Source: a virus
DNA length: 64,000 nt
IMG/VR virus record: IMGVR_UViG_3300045988_180880
Span: 96,001-160,000 of that record
Reading direction: 5' to 3' (one strand)
The notes under the pieces were generated by a model, which made no database searches, was not told the DNA's origin, and saw only the letters and a list, made by a program, of their open reading frames with translations. Positions within the stretch are counted from its first letter, which is position 1. Each line of letters starts with the position of its first letter. Below, in pieces: positions 35,191 to 43,813 of this stretch. The position numbers and the translations under genes were made by a program.

Positions 35191-36786
35191 ATGAAGAAAA
35201 ATTCTTGGAGATTAACAAGTGATTTGATAGCTTATTTTCCGTGTGACTTATCAGTTTCAGCAGGGAAGCGTGTTTTTTTAGCCTCTCCTGAAAAAAAGTC
35301 TTATAAAGCGGCAGTACAAAAGAATATCGAATCTGCTTTTGATGAAGTGATTATTGAATCTAATTCATTTAAATTAAAAGTATCTAATGATCTTAGTGTT
35401 TATGTAAAGTGTGATGAATTTCCTGATCCAGAACAATATTACTTAGTTTGTAATATGTATCGGACAGCTTTTGGAGTTCCTATGATTGGCAATATAATTA
35501 CTCAGGTTAAGAGTGATAAAGCTAATTTTGGAGACACAGTATTTGAAGCAGTATTTTCAGAAGATTCTCAAGAAAGTGTTTATTTTATGACACCTGAAAT
35601 GGCGGAATATAAAAGTGCTTTCGAAGAGATGAAGCGTAGAATGAATTGTACTTTAAATAAAAAAGTAAAGAAGTGGATTCCTGGTGGAAGATATGATACA
35701 TTAACAAATACGTATTATTATCTTGGAGAATTTAAGAGTAGAAAAAAGAACGAGTTAAATTCTGATTTTCTTGGAGATTCTTCAATGGTTCCAGCGTATC
35801 TATATGTTTCTGAACTTGGAGATGAGAAAAAAATCTCTGACATTCTAAAAACCAGAAAAATTGGTTCTGGACCGGAAGATATTCAGATTATGTACTCTCT
35901 TCCAAGCGCTGTAGATTCTGGAAATGTTTTGGAGAATGATATAACTTGTCTGAAAGATTATCAAAAGTATATCTTTGATAATTCAATGAAGGAATATACA
36001 ATTACTTCAGATTATGGATTTTCTAGTTATTCAAATCCTAAATATATTCTTGATATTCTTTCATTGAAATCAAGTGAATCAGATTCTTATGCAGATCTTA
36101 TTCCTGAATCTGTTTCTGAAATGATTAAGAATATGTTACATGAAGTTGTATTATGTTCTTGGGATTTGAATAAGAATAGAGAAGACATTTATATTGGTGA
36201 AGGAAATAATAATGATAAGAATGCAGAAAACTTAGTAAGGAGATTTTATCAAGATTTTAAAGATGGAAATGCAATGAGAAATTTGTATTATAGAAAACTC
36301 TTTATAGATCTTGGAATAAATATAAATGAAATAGCAGTAGAGGTAGTAAGTCAAGGTAATCCAGAAAGTTTAATACTATCTGGAATTGAGAATTATGTAT
36401 CTTTAGGAAGTATTTATTTTAAAAATCACTTTACAGATGCTTCCAGAAAGATTAGTAGACAAAGAATTAAATCAACAAATTATACTCTAGAGGTAGTTAA
36501 ATTATCTGATTTATTCTCTGCTACACCTAATTTATTATTGGATATTAAAGATTTGATAGAAAACGCTAGAAATAATTTTGGATTAGGTGTAAGAACTTTT
36601 TATGATACTAATACCGGTACTAAAAAATCTCCGAAAATATATACAACAATTGAAGTAGATATCTTAGACTTGATTAAGTACTATGGAGGTATTAAAAATA
36701 TTCCAGAAGTTATTGTAAATGAAATTATATCAAGTAAATTTTGGAATCTTCAAGTGTTAATTGATAAAGAAGGAGTATTAGAGTGA
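35191..36786 (+). CDS. hypothetical protein (531 aa)
   Basis: Long uninterrupted ORF with no motif recognised. Confidence 0.6.
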   Translation: MKKNSWRLTSDLIAYFPCDLSVSAGKRVFLASPEKKSYKAAVQKNIESAFDEVIIESNSFKLKVSNDLSVYVKCDEFPDPEQYYLVCNMYRTAFGVPMIGNIITQVKSDKANFGDTVFEAVFSEDSQESVYFMTPEMAEYKSAFEEMKRRMNCTLNKKVKKWIPGGRYDTLTNTYYYLGEFKSRKKNELNSDFLGDSSMVPAYLYVSELGDEKKISDILKTRKIGSGPEDIQIMYSLPSAVDSGNVLENDITCLKDYQKYIFDNSMKEYTITSDYGFSSYSNPKYILDILSLKSSESDSYADLIPESVSEMIKNMLHEVVLCSWDLNKNREDIYIGEGNNNDKNAENLVRRFYQDFKDGNAMRNLYYRKLFIDLGININEIAVEVVSQGNPESLILSGIENYVSLGSIYFKNHFTDASRKISRQRIKSTNYTLEVVKLSDLFSATPNLLLDIKDLIENARNNFGLGVRTFYDTNTGTKKSPKIYTTIEVDILDLIKYYGGIKNIPEVIVNEIISSKFWNLQVLIDKEGVLE

Positions 36787-36787
36787 T

Positions 36788-37069
36788 ATGGCTAAGCAAG
36801 AGAATTTATCATTTACAGGAGAAGTTGTTGAAGAGCTCGGGAATTCTATGTTTTCAGTAGAATTAGATTCTATGGAGCATCAAGTATTATGTACTATATC
36901 AGGTAAAATTAGAAAAAATTATATAAGAATTCTAGCAGGAGATAAAGTGAAAATTGAAGTAAGTCCTTATGATTTAACAAAAGGACGGATTGTTACTAGA
37001 TTATCTCTTATAGAAAATAGTGATAACAAAAATAGTAGTAATAACAAAAAGAAATCAAAAAAGAAATGA
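36788..37069 (+). CDS. infA: translation initiation factor IF-1 homolog with Asn/Lys-rich C-terminal tail
   Basis: [68 protein letters not shown] aligns along its full length with E. coli InfA ([70 protein letters not shown]). It has an extra tail, [21 protein letters not shown]. Confidence 0.88.
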   Translation: MAKQENLSFTGEVVEELGNSMFSVELDSMEHQVLCTISGKIRKNYIRILAGDKVKIEVSPYDLTKGRIVTRLSLIENSDNKNSSNNKKKSKKK

Positions 37070-37785
37070 TTAAGTACAACGTAACAAACAGTATGATCGG
37101 TAATATTTATCCGATTTTTTTGAGTAATAACAAACTAGTCGAAGATCCATCATACTATCTGTACAGAATTGTGAGTCCTAGTTTAAGTCCAGATCTTATT
37201 CCATATATATCATTGGAAAAGATTAGTGAAAGAACAAAAATTGGAAATCCAAAAGAATTCTGTGATAGTCAAAAGAAAAAAGCTATTCGTGAACATTTAG
37301 ATGTTATTTCTATGTGTCTTGGTAGTCGTGAAGGTCTTGAAGAAAAGGCAGTTGAGTTCTTGCAAGGAATTCTGTGGAGAGATAAACCAGTAATTGATAA
37401 TGGTTTTCCTGGATTTCCGTTGATTGAAATGGAGAATGGTAATAATATCCAGAAATCAGTAATTATTGGTCTTAGAGATACAATGAGATGGAAGTATTAT
37501 AAATTGTATCCTGGAAATTATGTTGATATTCTCTGGACTGCTAAGACTTATGCAGTATTTAAACTTTGTGGTGAAAAAGGAAAAGAGGAAGTTTGGATTG
37601 AACCGGTCGGATTATATAGTAATACAGATCCGAATATGAAAAATCCTCTTCCAGTAAATCTTGAATCTTTAGACTATCCTACCGATAGATGGTCTATTAC
37701 AAAGGGTAAACTTTCTGGATTGAATCGAGCATTGAAAAAGCTTGAATGGGAAAGTTTTAATAGAAAAGAAATTTGCGTAGATTAA
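37066..37785 (+). CDS. hypothetical protein
   Basis: 239-aa ORF with an ATGA overlap with infA. Confidence 0.5.
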   Translation: MIKYNVTNSMIGNIYPIFLSNNKLVEDPSYYLYRIVSPSLSPDLIPYISLEKISERTKIGNPKEFCDSQKKKAIREHLDVISMCLGSREGLEEKAVEFLQGILWRDKPVIDNGFPGFPLIEMENGNNIQKSVIIGLRDTMRWKYYKLYPGNYVDILWTAKTYAVFKLCGEKGKEEVWIEPVGLYSNTDPNMKNPLPVNLESLDYPTDRWSITKGKLSGLNRALKKLEWESFNRKEICVD

Positions 37786-38198
37786 TTATCATAATAGTTC
37801 TAGTCCTTGGTTGGAGTGTTTATAGCCCCTCCAAGGACTTAGATTCTACTCCATTAGCTACATTTTATTATGCTAGATCGGGAAGCATTACAGCAGATGG
37901 AAGTAAAGTTCATCCTGAAAAAGTTAAAACAGGTGAACATAGATGGATTGCAGTCTCTAGAGATCTCAGAAGGAGTGGGAAATTTAACTTTGGAGATACA
38001 GTTCTAATCCAGTCTAAGAAATGTTCAGGTTTAAATGGTGAATGGATAGTAAAAGATCTTATGGGTTCTAAGCATACAAATAGAATTGATTTCTTACTGC
38101 ACCATGAAGAGATTGATTCTTTGAAATTTTGGATGCCACATAGAGTAGAAATAGTAAATAAAAAAGATAGTCTTAATCCTTTGGAAACATTGGATTGA
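37773..38198 (+). CDS. secreted 3D/RlpA-like double-psi beta-barrel protein (lytic transglycosylase-like)
   Basis: TTG start. Hydrophobic N-terminus [35 protein letters not shown]...WIAVSRDL...GDTVLIQ...WIVKDLMGSKHTNRIDFLL resembles a 3D domain. Confidence 0.55.
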   Translation: MRRLIIIIVLVLGWSVYSPSKDLDSTPLATFYYARSGSITADGSKVHPEKVKTGEHRWIAVSRDLRRSGKFNFGDTVLIQSKKCSGLNGEWIVKDLMGSKHTNRIDFLLHHEEIDSLKFWMPHRVEIVNKKDSLNPLETLD

Positions 38199-38218
38199 GG
38201 CTCTTTATTTTTCCCGTG

Positions 38219-38233
38219 AAAGCCTTATTAATG
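38219..38233 (+). promoter_or_regulatory. promoter-like motif AAAGCCTTATTAATG
   Basis: An exact repeat of 26575..26589, 25 nt upstream of the 38259 start. Confidence 0.5.
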
Positions 38234-38258
38234 AAAAGAATAAATAAAAATAAAGATT

Positions 38259-38693
38259 ATGAAAAAATTAACAAAAGAAGAAGCAGCAGAATTAAATGAA
38301 TTATTCGAAACTAGTAATTTTAAACCAGAAATGAGTGGTCTTAGTTTATATACAACACTAACTCAGATAAATTCAAAGACAATTAAACCAGGAGAAAATA
38401 ACCTTAGATTAATATCTATTCAAGGAACTGAGAAAATTTCGAAAATGATTGGTAGATTTATTACGAAGAAAAATAAAAAGCTAATTAAGATTACAGCTTA
38501 TTCAAAAAGTGGAAAAGTTCTTAAGGAGTTTGATTTTAATTGTTCTACCTTATATATAGAGAAAGGAAGACAGTCAAAAGATATAGATGAAATTACTGGA
38601 GAGATTGGATTTATACCTTTAGTAGGAGATGTATTTGTTCCAAGGTCTCATTATATTGGATTTAAAGTACTATATGATAAAGAGGGGATTTAA
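38259..38693 (+). CDS. hypothetical protein
   Basis: 144-aa ORF bracketed by a promoter motif and a terminator. Confidence 0.55.
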   Translation: MKKLTKEEAAELNELFETSNFKPEMSGLSLYTTLTQINSKTIKPGENNLRLISIQGTEKISKMIGRFITKKNKKLIKITAYSKSGKVLKEFDFNCSTLYIEKGRQSKDIDEITGEIGFIPLVGDVFVPRSHYIGFKVLYDKEGI

Positions 38694-38703
38694 TTTCCCT
38701 CTC
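38681..38703 (+). terminator. intrinsic terminator hairpin
   Basis: agagggga-tttaatt-tccctct followed by cttttttc. Confidence 0.65.
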
Positions 38704-38716
38704 TTTTTTCTTTCTC

Positions 38717-38736
38717 CCTTGAGATTCTTATATATG
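38717..38736 (+). promoter_or_regulatory. promoter-like motif CCTTGAGATTCTTATATATG
   Basis: Identical to 15768..15787. Confidence 0.55.
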
Positions 38737-38761
38737 ATGTATAATATTAACAAAATAAATT

Positions 38762-39205
38762 ATGGTAACAAAACAAGTAACAGGAATAGTAGTGGATAAA
38801 TCTATTGAGGATATTGATAGCATAATCCATGAATGTACTGAGAAATTATCAACCAATGATATAATTTCTAAAAGTCAAGTAATTTCAATGCTTCGAAAAA
38901 TTAGATCTTTTGAAATTCCGGATGAAGTATTTGATAATCAATCTTCAGCTGAATATTATGCCAAAGAATTACTTAAGATTGGTTTTCTAGAGAATGTTAA
39001 ACAAATATTTAGAACAATTCTTAATAAACCTAATTTTTCTACTCTCGATCTTAGTAATATCCGAATGGAAATGGAATTCTCATGTTTTAAGATTAATTCA
39101 CTTGGAAAAATTTTGAAAGAACGAGGAATTAATATATGGGGTGGTTCTTATCCTGCCATAAAAATTGATTTTATTTCTGAAAATGGTGATTATATAGTTA
39201 AATAA
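38762..39205 (+). CDS. hypothetical protein
   Basis: 147-aa ORF. Confidence 0.5.
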   Translation: MVTKQVTGIVVDKSIEDIDSIIHECTEKLSTNDIISKSQVISMLRKIRSFEIPDEVFDNQSSAEYYAKELLKIGFLENVKQIFRTILNKPNFSTLDLSNIRMEMEFSCFKINSLGKILKERGINIWGGSYPAIKIDFISENGDYIVK

Positions 39206-39217
39206 ATTTATTATATT

Positions 39218-39952
39218 ATGATTATTGAAGTATTAGCACAGAAATATCGCTGTGGTTGTGAGAAAGGAATGGCTGATTTAGTTATCCCTGGAATCTTGGT
39301 AAAACTTAATGCAGTAATAGAATGGGATTTTTGCAGATTTCCAGAAGAGATTAAACACGAGAAAAAAGATCCGGCCGACGAAAACTCAGAAGAAATTGAA
39401 GTAAGAACTGAGCTTAGAGATTTCTTAGGTGAAGATCCTGAATTAAAACCTGGAAATTATTTCTTATATAAAGGTCAAGTGATAGCAGTTGATTCGGCCG
39501 ATAGATTAATTCTCGTGGTTTCTGAAACTGGTTATGGAGCTCTTGATCGAATATATGAGGAAAACTTCAAGACGGAATTCGAAATGATCTTTAATGATTA
39601 TGAGATTGAAGATGTTAAATGGGAGGTAAATGATACAGGAGAAGTTCCAACTGAATATGATGAAACCTATAAAGTACCATACAACCTCTATAATATCTGG
39701 AAAGAGAGGTTTGTCTCAGGTAGAGGATTTCTTTCCCCAGGATTATGTTTGAAAGTAGTAATGAATTCAGACAGTTTCATTATGCCTCTTGAGTTTTATA
39801 TGCTTGATTGGTCGATAAGGTATAAATCATCTCAACTTGAACCGGATGAAGTAGAGTATGCAACAAAACAACTTTTATCCTGGTTTTATGATAATTATAA
39901 AAGAGTTAAACCATTAGAAAGGAGAAAAGATGAACAAGAAGAGATCAATTGA
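39218..39952 (+). CDS. hypothetical protein
   Basis: 244-aa ORF. Contains two CGGCCG motifs (39372 and 39495). Confidence 0.5.
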   Translation: MIIEVLAQKYRCGCEKGMADLVIPGILVKLNAVIEWDFCRFPEEIKHEKKDPADENSEEIEVRTELRDFLGEDPELKPGNYFLYKGQVIAVDSADRLILVVSETGYGALDRIYEENFKTEFEMIFNDYEIEDVKWEVNDTGEVPTEYDETYKVPYNLYNIWKERFVSGRGFLSPGLCLKVVMNSDSFIMPLEFYMLDWSIRYKSSQLEPDEVEYATKQLLSWFYDNYKRVKPLERRKDEQEEIN

Positions 39953-40379
39953 TTTTATATTAATAATTTTCATCTTAGGATTATTATTGATTTTTGGAGG
40001 ATGTAGTAAATCTCCTGAGAGAAGAAAAACTTGGACAACTACTTCAGATTCACTTCCAAAGAAACCAACACAAGGACAAATTTTTCGTGATCGAGATAAT
40101 AATTCTTGGGCTTATAATGCAGCACTTGGAGCATGGGTATTGGGTTCTGGAGGATATAGATATTACCCTGAAACAAATTCTTATACAGATGGATCAGGAA
40201 AAACAGTGATTCCACCTAGATCTATAAGTTCAGGTATTTCAGAAGGAGTAAAAGCTAGAGTGTCTCCTAAAAAGAAAGTAGTTTTAACAAAAGAACCACA
40301 AATTAAAGAGACATCAAAAAAGAAGTATACTAGGAAGAAATCTAGAGCTCATAGGATACATAGAATGCGCAGAAGATAA
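39930..40379 (+). CDS. putative lipoprotein with basic C-terminus
   Basis: FILIIFILGLLLIFGGCSKS is a signal peptide with a lipobox. AGGAG-like sequence upstream (aaaggagaaaag ATG). Confidence 0.6.
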   Translation: MNKKRSIDFILIIFILGLLLIFGGCSKSPERRKTWTTTSDSLPKKPTQGQIFRDRDNNSWAYNAALGAWVLGSGGYRYYPETNSYTDGSGKTVIPPRSISSGISEGVKARVSPKKKVVLTKEPQIKETSKKKYTRKKSRAHRIHRMRRR

Positions 40380-40435
40380 TAATAAAAAAGTCCTCAAGGA
40401 TAGTAAAATATTCTTGGGGATTTAATTTTACAAAG

Positions 40436-40906
40436 ATGAAAGTATATTTAGTACGTAAATTTTATTCTTTCGGACAACCTAAGTTCATTATTTACTTCTA
40501 TGCAAAATGTGGAGATCTAAAACATGTTAATCTAGATCTTATAAAAAATAATGAAGATATTGATAATTATTTCAAATCTTATTATGGAGAACTTAATGAT
40601 ACTATTCAGATTGCAATATCACTTATTTCCTCTCCTTATAAAAGACTTGGGAAATCTATTAGATTCTCGGAATCATATAATGTGAGGTCGGAACGAACAG
40701 GACAGCATTTTGAAGACTATAATAGTTCTTATGTTAAGGTTATAGATATTCCTTCTGAAATTCTTTTAGAGAAATTTAAAGCAAAGAATTTATCTCCAGA
40801 ACACATACAAATTTTTGCTAAGAAGAATCAATTTAAATTATTAAAATATATGAGATATAAATGGATAGAGAAGAATGGATTAGAAATTATGGATCCAAAG
40901 GATTGA
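40436..40906 (+). CDS. hypothetical protein
   Basis: 156-aa ORF. Confidence 0.5.
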   Translation: MKVYLVRKFYSFGQPKFIIYFYAKCGDLKHVNLDLIKNNEDIDNYFKSYYGELNDTIQIAISLISSPYKRLGKSIRFSESYNVRSERTGQHFEDYNSSYVKVIDIPSEILLEKFKAKNLSPEHIQIFAKKNQFKLLKYMRYKWIEKNGLEIMDPKD

Positions 40907-41436
40907 AAGGTGATATCTTAGTTAGAGTTTCTTATACTGACAATAATGAAGAATATTGGGTATCTAAATTTTTAGAAATCAAGAATCTTCCAGTTTATAA
41001 TTTAGCTCTTGTCGATAAAGAATTAATTTCTGAGAAAAATTTCAAGGATGAGCTGGAACTAAGAAATATTGACGATTATCTGAAGGAAAAGTATAAGGAT
41101 TGTCTAAAAACAGAATCTGTATATTTTCTAATTGATCCTGGAACAAAATTTCTGAAAAAGCGCACATCTGATAAAGGCTTGTGCTTATTCTATGAAGTTA
41201 AATTTGATTCTGAAATAAATTTGAGAGATCTTGACAATACTAGGATAATATCAGAAAATATTAGAATTTCTAAGAATAAACTCAAAGATTTTACAACGGA
41301 TTTAATGTTTGAGCTTGCGGGAGAGGCTGGTTTATTTTATGATAAGGATTATTCTCCAAGTTTATGCACTAAATTATGTTATTTTAATATTCTTAATATA
41401 TTTAGATGCTTAGAAGAAACTCTGGATCTAGTATAA
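40861..41436 (+). CDS. hypothetical protein
   Basis: 191-aa ORF. Confidence 0.5.
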   Translation: MDREEWIRNYGSKGLKGDILVRVSYTDNNEEYWVSKFLEIKNLPVYNLALVDKELISEKNFKDELELRNIDDYLKEKYKDCLKTESVYFLIDPGTKFLKKRTSDKGLCLFYEVKFDSEINLRDLDNTRIISENIRISKNKLKDFTTDLMFELAGEAGLFYDKDYSPSLCTKLCYFNILNIFRCLEETLDLV

Positions 41437-41532
41437 AATTTTTAAGTAAAAGGGAATAAATTTTCCCTTTTATTTTTCTCCTTAAGATAACCGACAAATC
41501 CTTATTAATGTAACAATAAAACATTGATAATT

Positions 41533-42513
41533 ATGAAAACAAACATTTATGAAAGAAAATTAAATTATGGAGAACAAGAAGCCATATTTAATAAGATGGT
41601 TGAAAAGACCGAAAAATATGTGATAGATAATAATATAAGAGCATTAATTCTTGGTATCTCAGGAGGAGCAGATAGTACTCTTATGGCTGCTGTATGTAAT
41701 GAAGTTAGAAATAGATCTGGAATTCCTTTTTACGGATATTCACTTCCAATAAAGAATAAACCAGATGAACTTACTTCGTCTGATCTAACAGGAAATGCTT
41801 TTTGTGTTAAAACTTTTTATAGAGAAGTTGCACAGTATGATTTCTATAAAAGTTATATAGAAAATCTCTATAACTACGATTATTGTGATAATGATCGAGA
41901 TATTCTTTGTGATTTATCTGGAAAAAGTATATCCGAGATAGAGGGGATGATGCCAGAACAAACAAAAATAGCCAACGGAAATATTATGGCACGTCTTAGA
42001 ATGATGTACCTATATAATCAAGCTGGTATTAAGAAAGGTATTGTAATTGATACTGATAACTTAACTGAACATTATCTTGGATTTTGGACTATTCACGGAG
42101 ATGAAGGAGATTTTAATCCTATGGGTGGTCTCTGGAAAACAGAAGTATACTCTATTCTTAAGTGGTTACATGCGAAGTATTATTCAGAATCTTATTTAGA
42201 TACTGAAATCATAAATAAAAATTCGTACAATAAGATGGTAGCTCTAGAGAAAGCTATTAATATTACACCCACTGATGGTAATGGAATTTCTAGTTCTGAT
42301 CTTGAACAAATTGGAGGAAAGGATTATACTGAAGTAGATAAAATTTTGATTCCTTTGATTTGTAAAGGTTCGGGAGCTATTTCAGAATTATCTAAAATTC
42401 ATGGGATGGATACTGTAATGAAGATTTGGAATAGAGTTCAAGGATCAGAATTTAAAAGAAGAACTTCCAGAGTAATAAAAGTGTCACGAGAAGAATTATT
42501 TGAAGGATTATGA
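41533..42513 (+). CDS. nadE: NH3-dependent NAD+ synthetase (PP-loop ATPase)
   Basis: PP-loop ALILGISGGADSTL. NadE core ANGNIMARLRMMYLYNQA...VIDTDNLTEHYLGFWTIHGDEGDFNPMGGLWKTEVYSILKWL. The first ATG is at 41533. Confidence 0.88.
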   Translation: MKTNIYERKLNYGEQEAIFNKMVEKTEKYVIDNNIRALILGISGGADSTLMAAVCNEVRNRSGIPFYGYSLPIKNKPDELTSSDLTGNAFCVKTFYREVAQYDFYKSYIENLYNYDYCDNDRDILCDLSGKSISEIEGMMPEQTKIANGNIMARLRMMYLYNQAGIKKGIVIDTDNLTEHYLGFWTIHGDEGDFNPMGGLWKTEVYSILKWLHAKYYSESYLDTEIINKNSYNKMVALEKAINITPTDGNGISSSDLEQIGGKDYTEVDKILIPLICKGSGAISELSKIHGMDTVMKIWNRVQGSEFKRRTSRVIKVSREELFEGL

Positions 42514-43031
42514 TAGAATTCAAAAGAGATCCAAGATTTTTCAGAGCAGTCATTAGAAGAGAAAAAGAAGATGAAGATCCAGCTTTTAGTTATTTTATGA
42601 TGGAAGATACTTTTACTAATATAAAAGATAAATATGATATTAGTAGGATTGAGAAATTTCAAATAACTAGAAAAAATTATGTAGTCTTTGGATTAATAAC
42701 TGATCTTGAAAATATTACAGAAGATGATCTAATTTCTGAAACAAAATGCACAATTAATAGTTCTTACATTCATTCGCTATACTTTAAAGAATATCAATAT
42801 ATTGAAAAAGATGATCTCAAGGAAATAACTATTAAGATTTCTGCCGAGTATATTGGAGATTTAATGTTTTCTGCTAATGATTATGTTAATGAATATCATT
42901 GGGAAATTTGTTTGAGAGATGAAAAGATATTTAGAGATAATGAAGATATAATAAGAACAATTTTAAAATCAGAATTAAATTATGGAAGAAAAAGAAAAAA
43001 GTCTATTACTGATAATAGACCCACAGTATGA
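42510..43031 (+). CDS. hypothetical protein translationally coupled between nadE and pncA
   Basis: 173 aa. ATGA overlap with nadE and a 50-nt overlap with pncA. No motif recognised. Confidence 0.5.
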   Translation: MIEFKRDPRFFRAVIRREKEDEDPAFSYFMMEDTFTNIKDKYDISRIEKFQITRKNYVVFGLITDLENITEDDLISETKCTINSSYIHSLYFKEYQYIEKDDLKEITIKISAEYIGDLMFSANDYVNEYHWEICLRDEKIFRDNEDIIRTILKSELNYGRKRKKSITDNRPTV

Positions 43032-43743
43032 TTTTTGTAACCCCAAAGGAACTCTCTATGTTCCTGGAGCAGAGAAAGCAACGAAAGAATTGTGTAAATG
43101 GATATCTGGGAAACGAAAAATCTTGGAAAAAATCATAGTTACACAAGATACTCATATGTCTTATCATATTGGGCATTCTATGTATTGGGAACAAACTCCT
43201 GAAGCATTTACAACTATTACTTCAGGGATGGTAAAATCGGGAAAATATACTCCAGCTTTTTATAATAAAGAAAATACTATCGCCTACCTTGAAGAATTAG
43301 AGAAGACAGGAAAAGTTCATACTATTTGGCCTGAACATTGTATCGCTGGTTCTTGGGGATGGAGTTTGCCCAAAAATCTAGTTGAGGAATTAAATTTATG
43401 GTCCCTCAGTAATCATGGCGCCGAATATGAGCTAATTCAGAAGGGAAGAAATCCACACTTAGAGATGTTTTCTGCCTTTTCTTATGCAAACGGCGCTAAA
43501 AAATCTGAGGGATATGAATTCCTAGATAAAATTGCTAGAGAAGATTATACCAAAGTTTATATAGCTGGTTTTGCAAAGGATTATTGTGTAGCAGAGTCGG
43601 TGAAAGATATGATGAAGGAACAAAGATTATCAGGAAAATTAGTGTTCCTAAATAAATGTATGGCTTCGATTGATAAAAATTCTGAATCTTTGAAAGTATA
43701 TGAAGATGCTGTTAAAGATTTCGGTGCGATAATCGAAGAATAA
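42982..43743 (+). CDS. pncA: nicotinamidase / isochorismatase-family hydrolase
   Basis: LLLIIDPQYDFCNPKGTLYVPGA (catalytic Asp region). WPEHCIAGSWGW (nicotinamidase-type WPxHC). YIAGFAKDYCVAES (catalytic Cys). Confidence 0.8.
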   Translation: MEEKEKSLLLIIDPQYDFCNPKGTLYVPGAEKATKELCKWISGKRKILEKIIVTQDTHMSYHIGHSMYWEQTPEAFTTITSGMVKSGKYTPAFYNKENTIAYLEELEKTGKVHTIWPEHCIAGSWGWSLPKNLVEELNLWSLSNHGAEYELIQKGRNPHLEMFSAFSYANGAKKSEGYEFLDKIAREDYTKVYIAGFAKDYCVAESVKDMMKEQRLSGKLVFLNKCMASIDKNSESLKVYEDAVKDFGAIIEE

Positions 43744-43760
43744 AGGAAGAATAAAAAAAA

Positions 43761-43800
43761 GATAGGTCTTGACCAATTAAAAGTCAAGTTAAATCCTATC
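43761..43800. terminator. long bidirectional terminator hairpin (paralog at 50540..50580)
   Basis: gataggtcttgac-caattaaaa-gtcaagttaaatcctatc, flanked by A8 upstream and a T-run downstream. Confidence 0.65.
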
Positions 43801-43813
43801 TTTTTATTTTTTT

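Noticed and set aside
39371-39500. The idea that paired CCGGCCG motifs are termini of an in-frame ~125-bp palindromic insertion element (like Rickettsia RPEs or mitochondrial GC clusters).
   Set aside because: The sequences between the pairs (39371..39500, 45364..45495, 63384..63516) show no similarity to each other. The spacings (123, 125, 126) are not consistently multiples of three.
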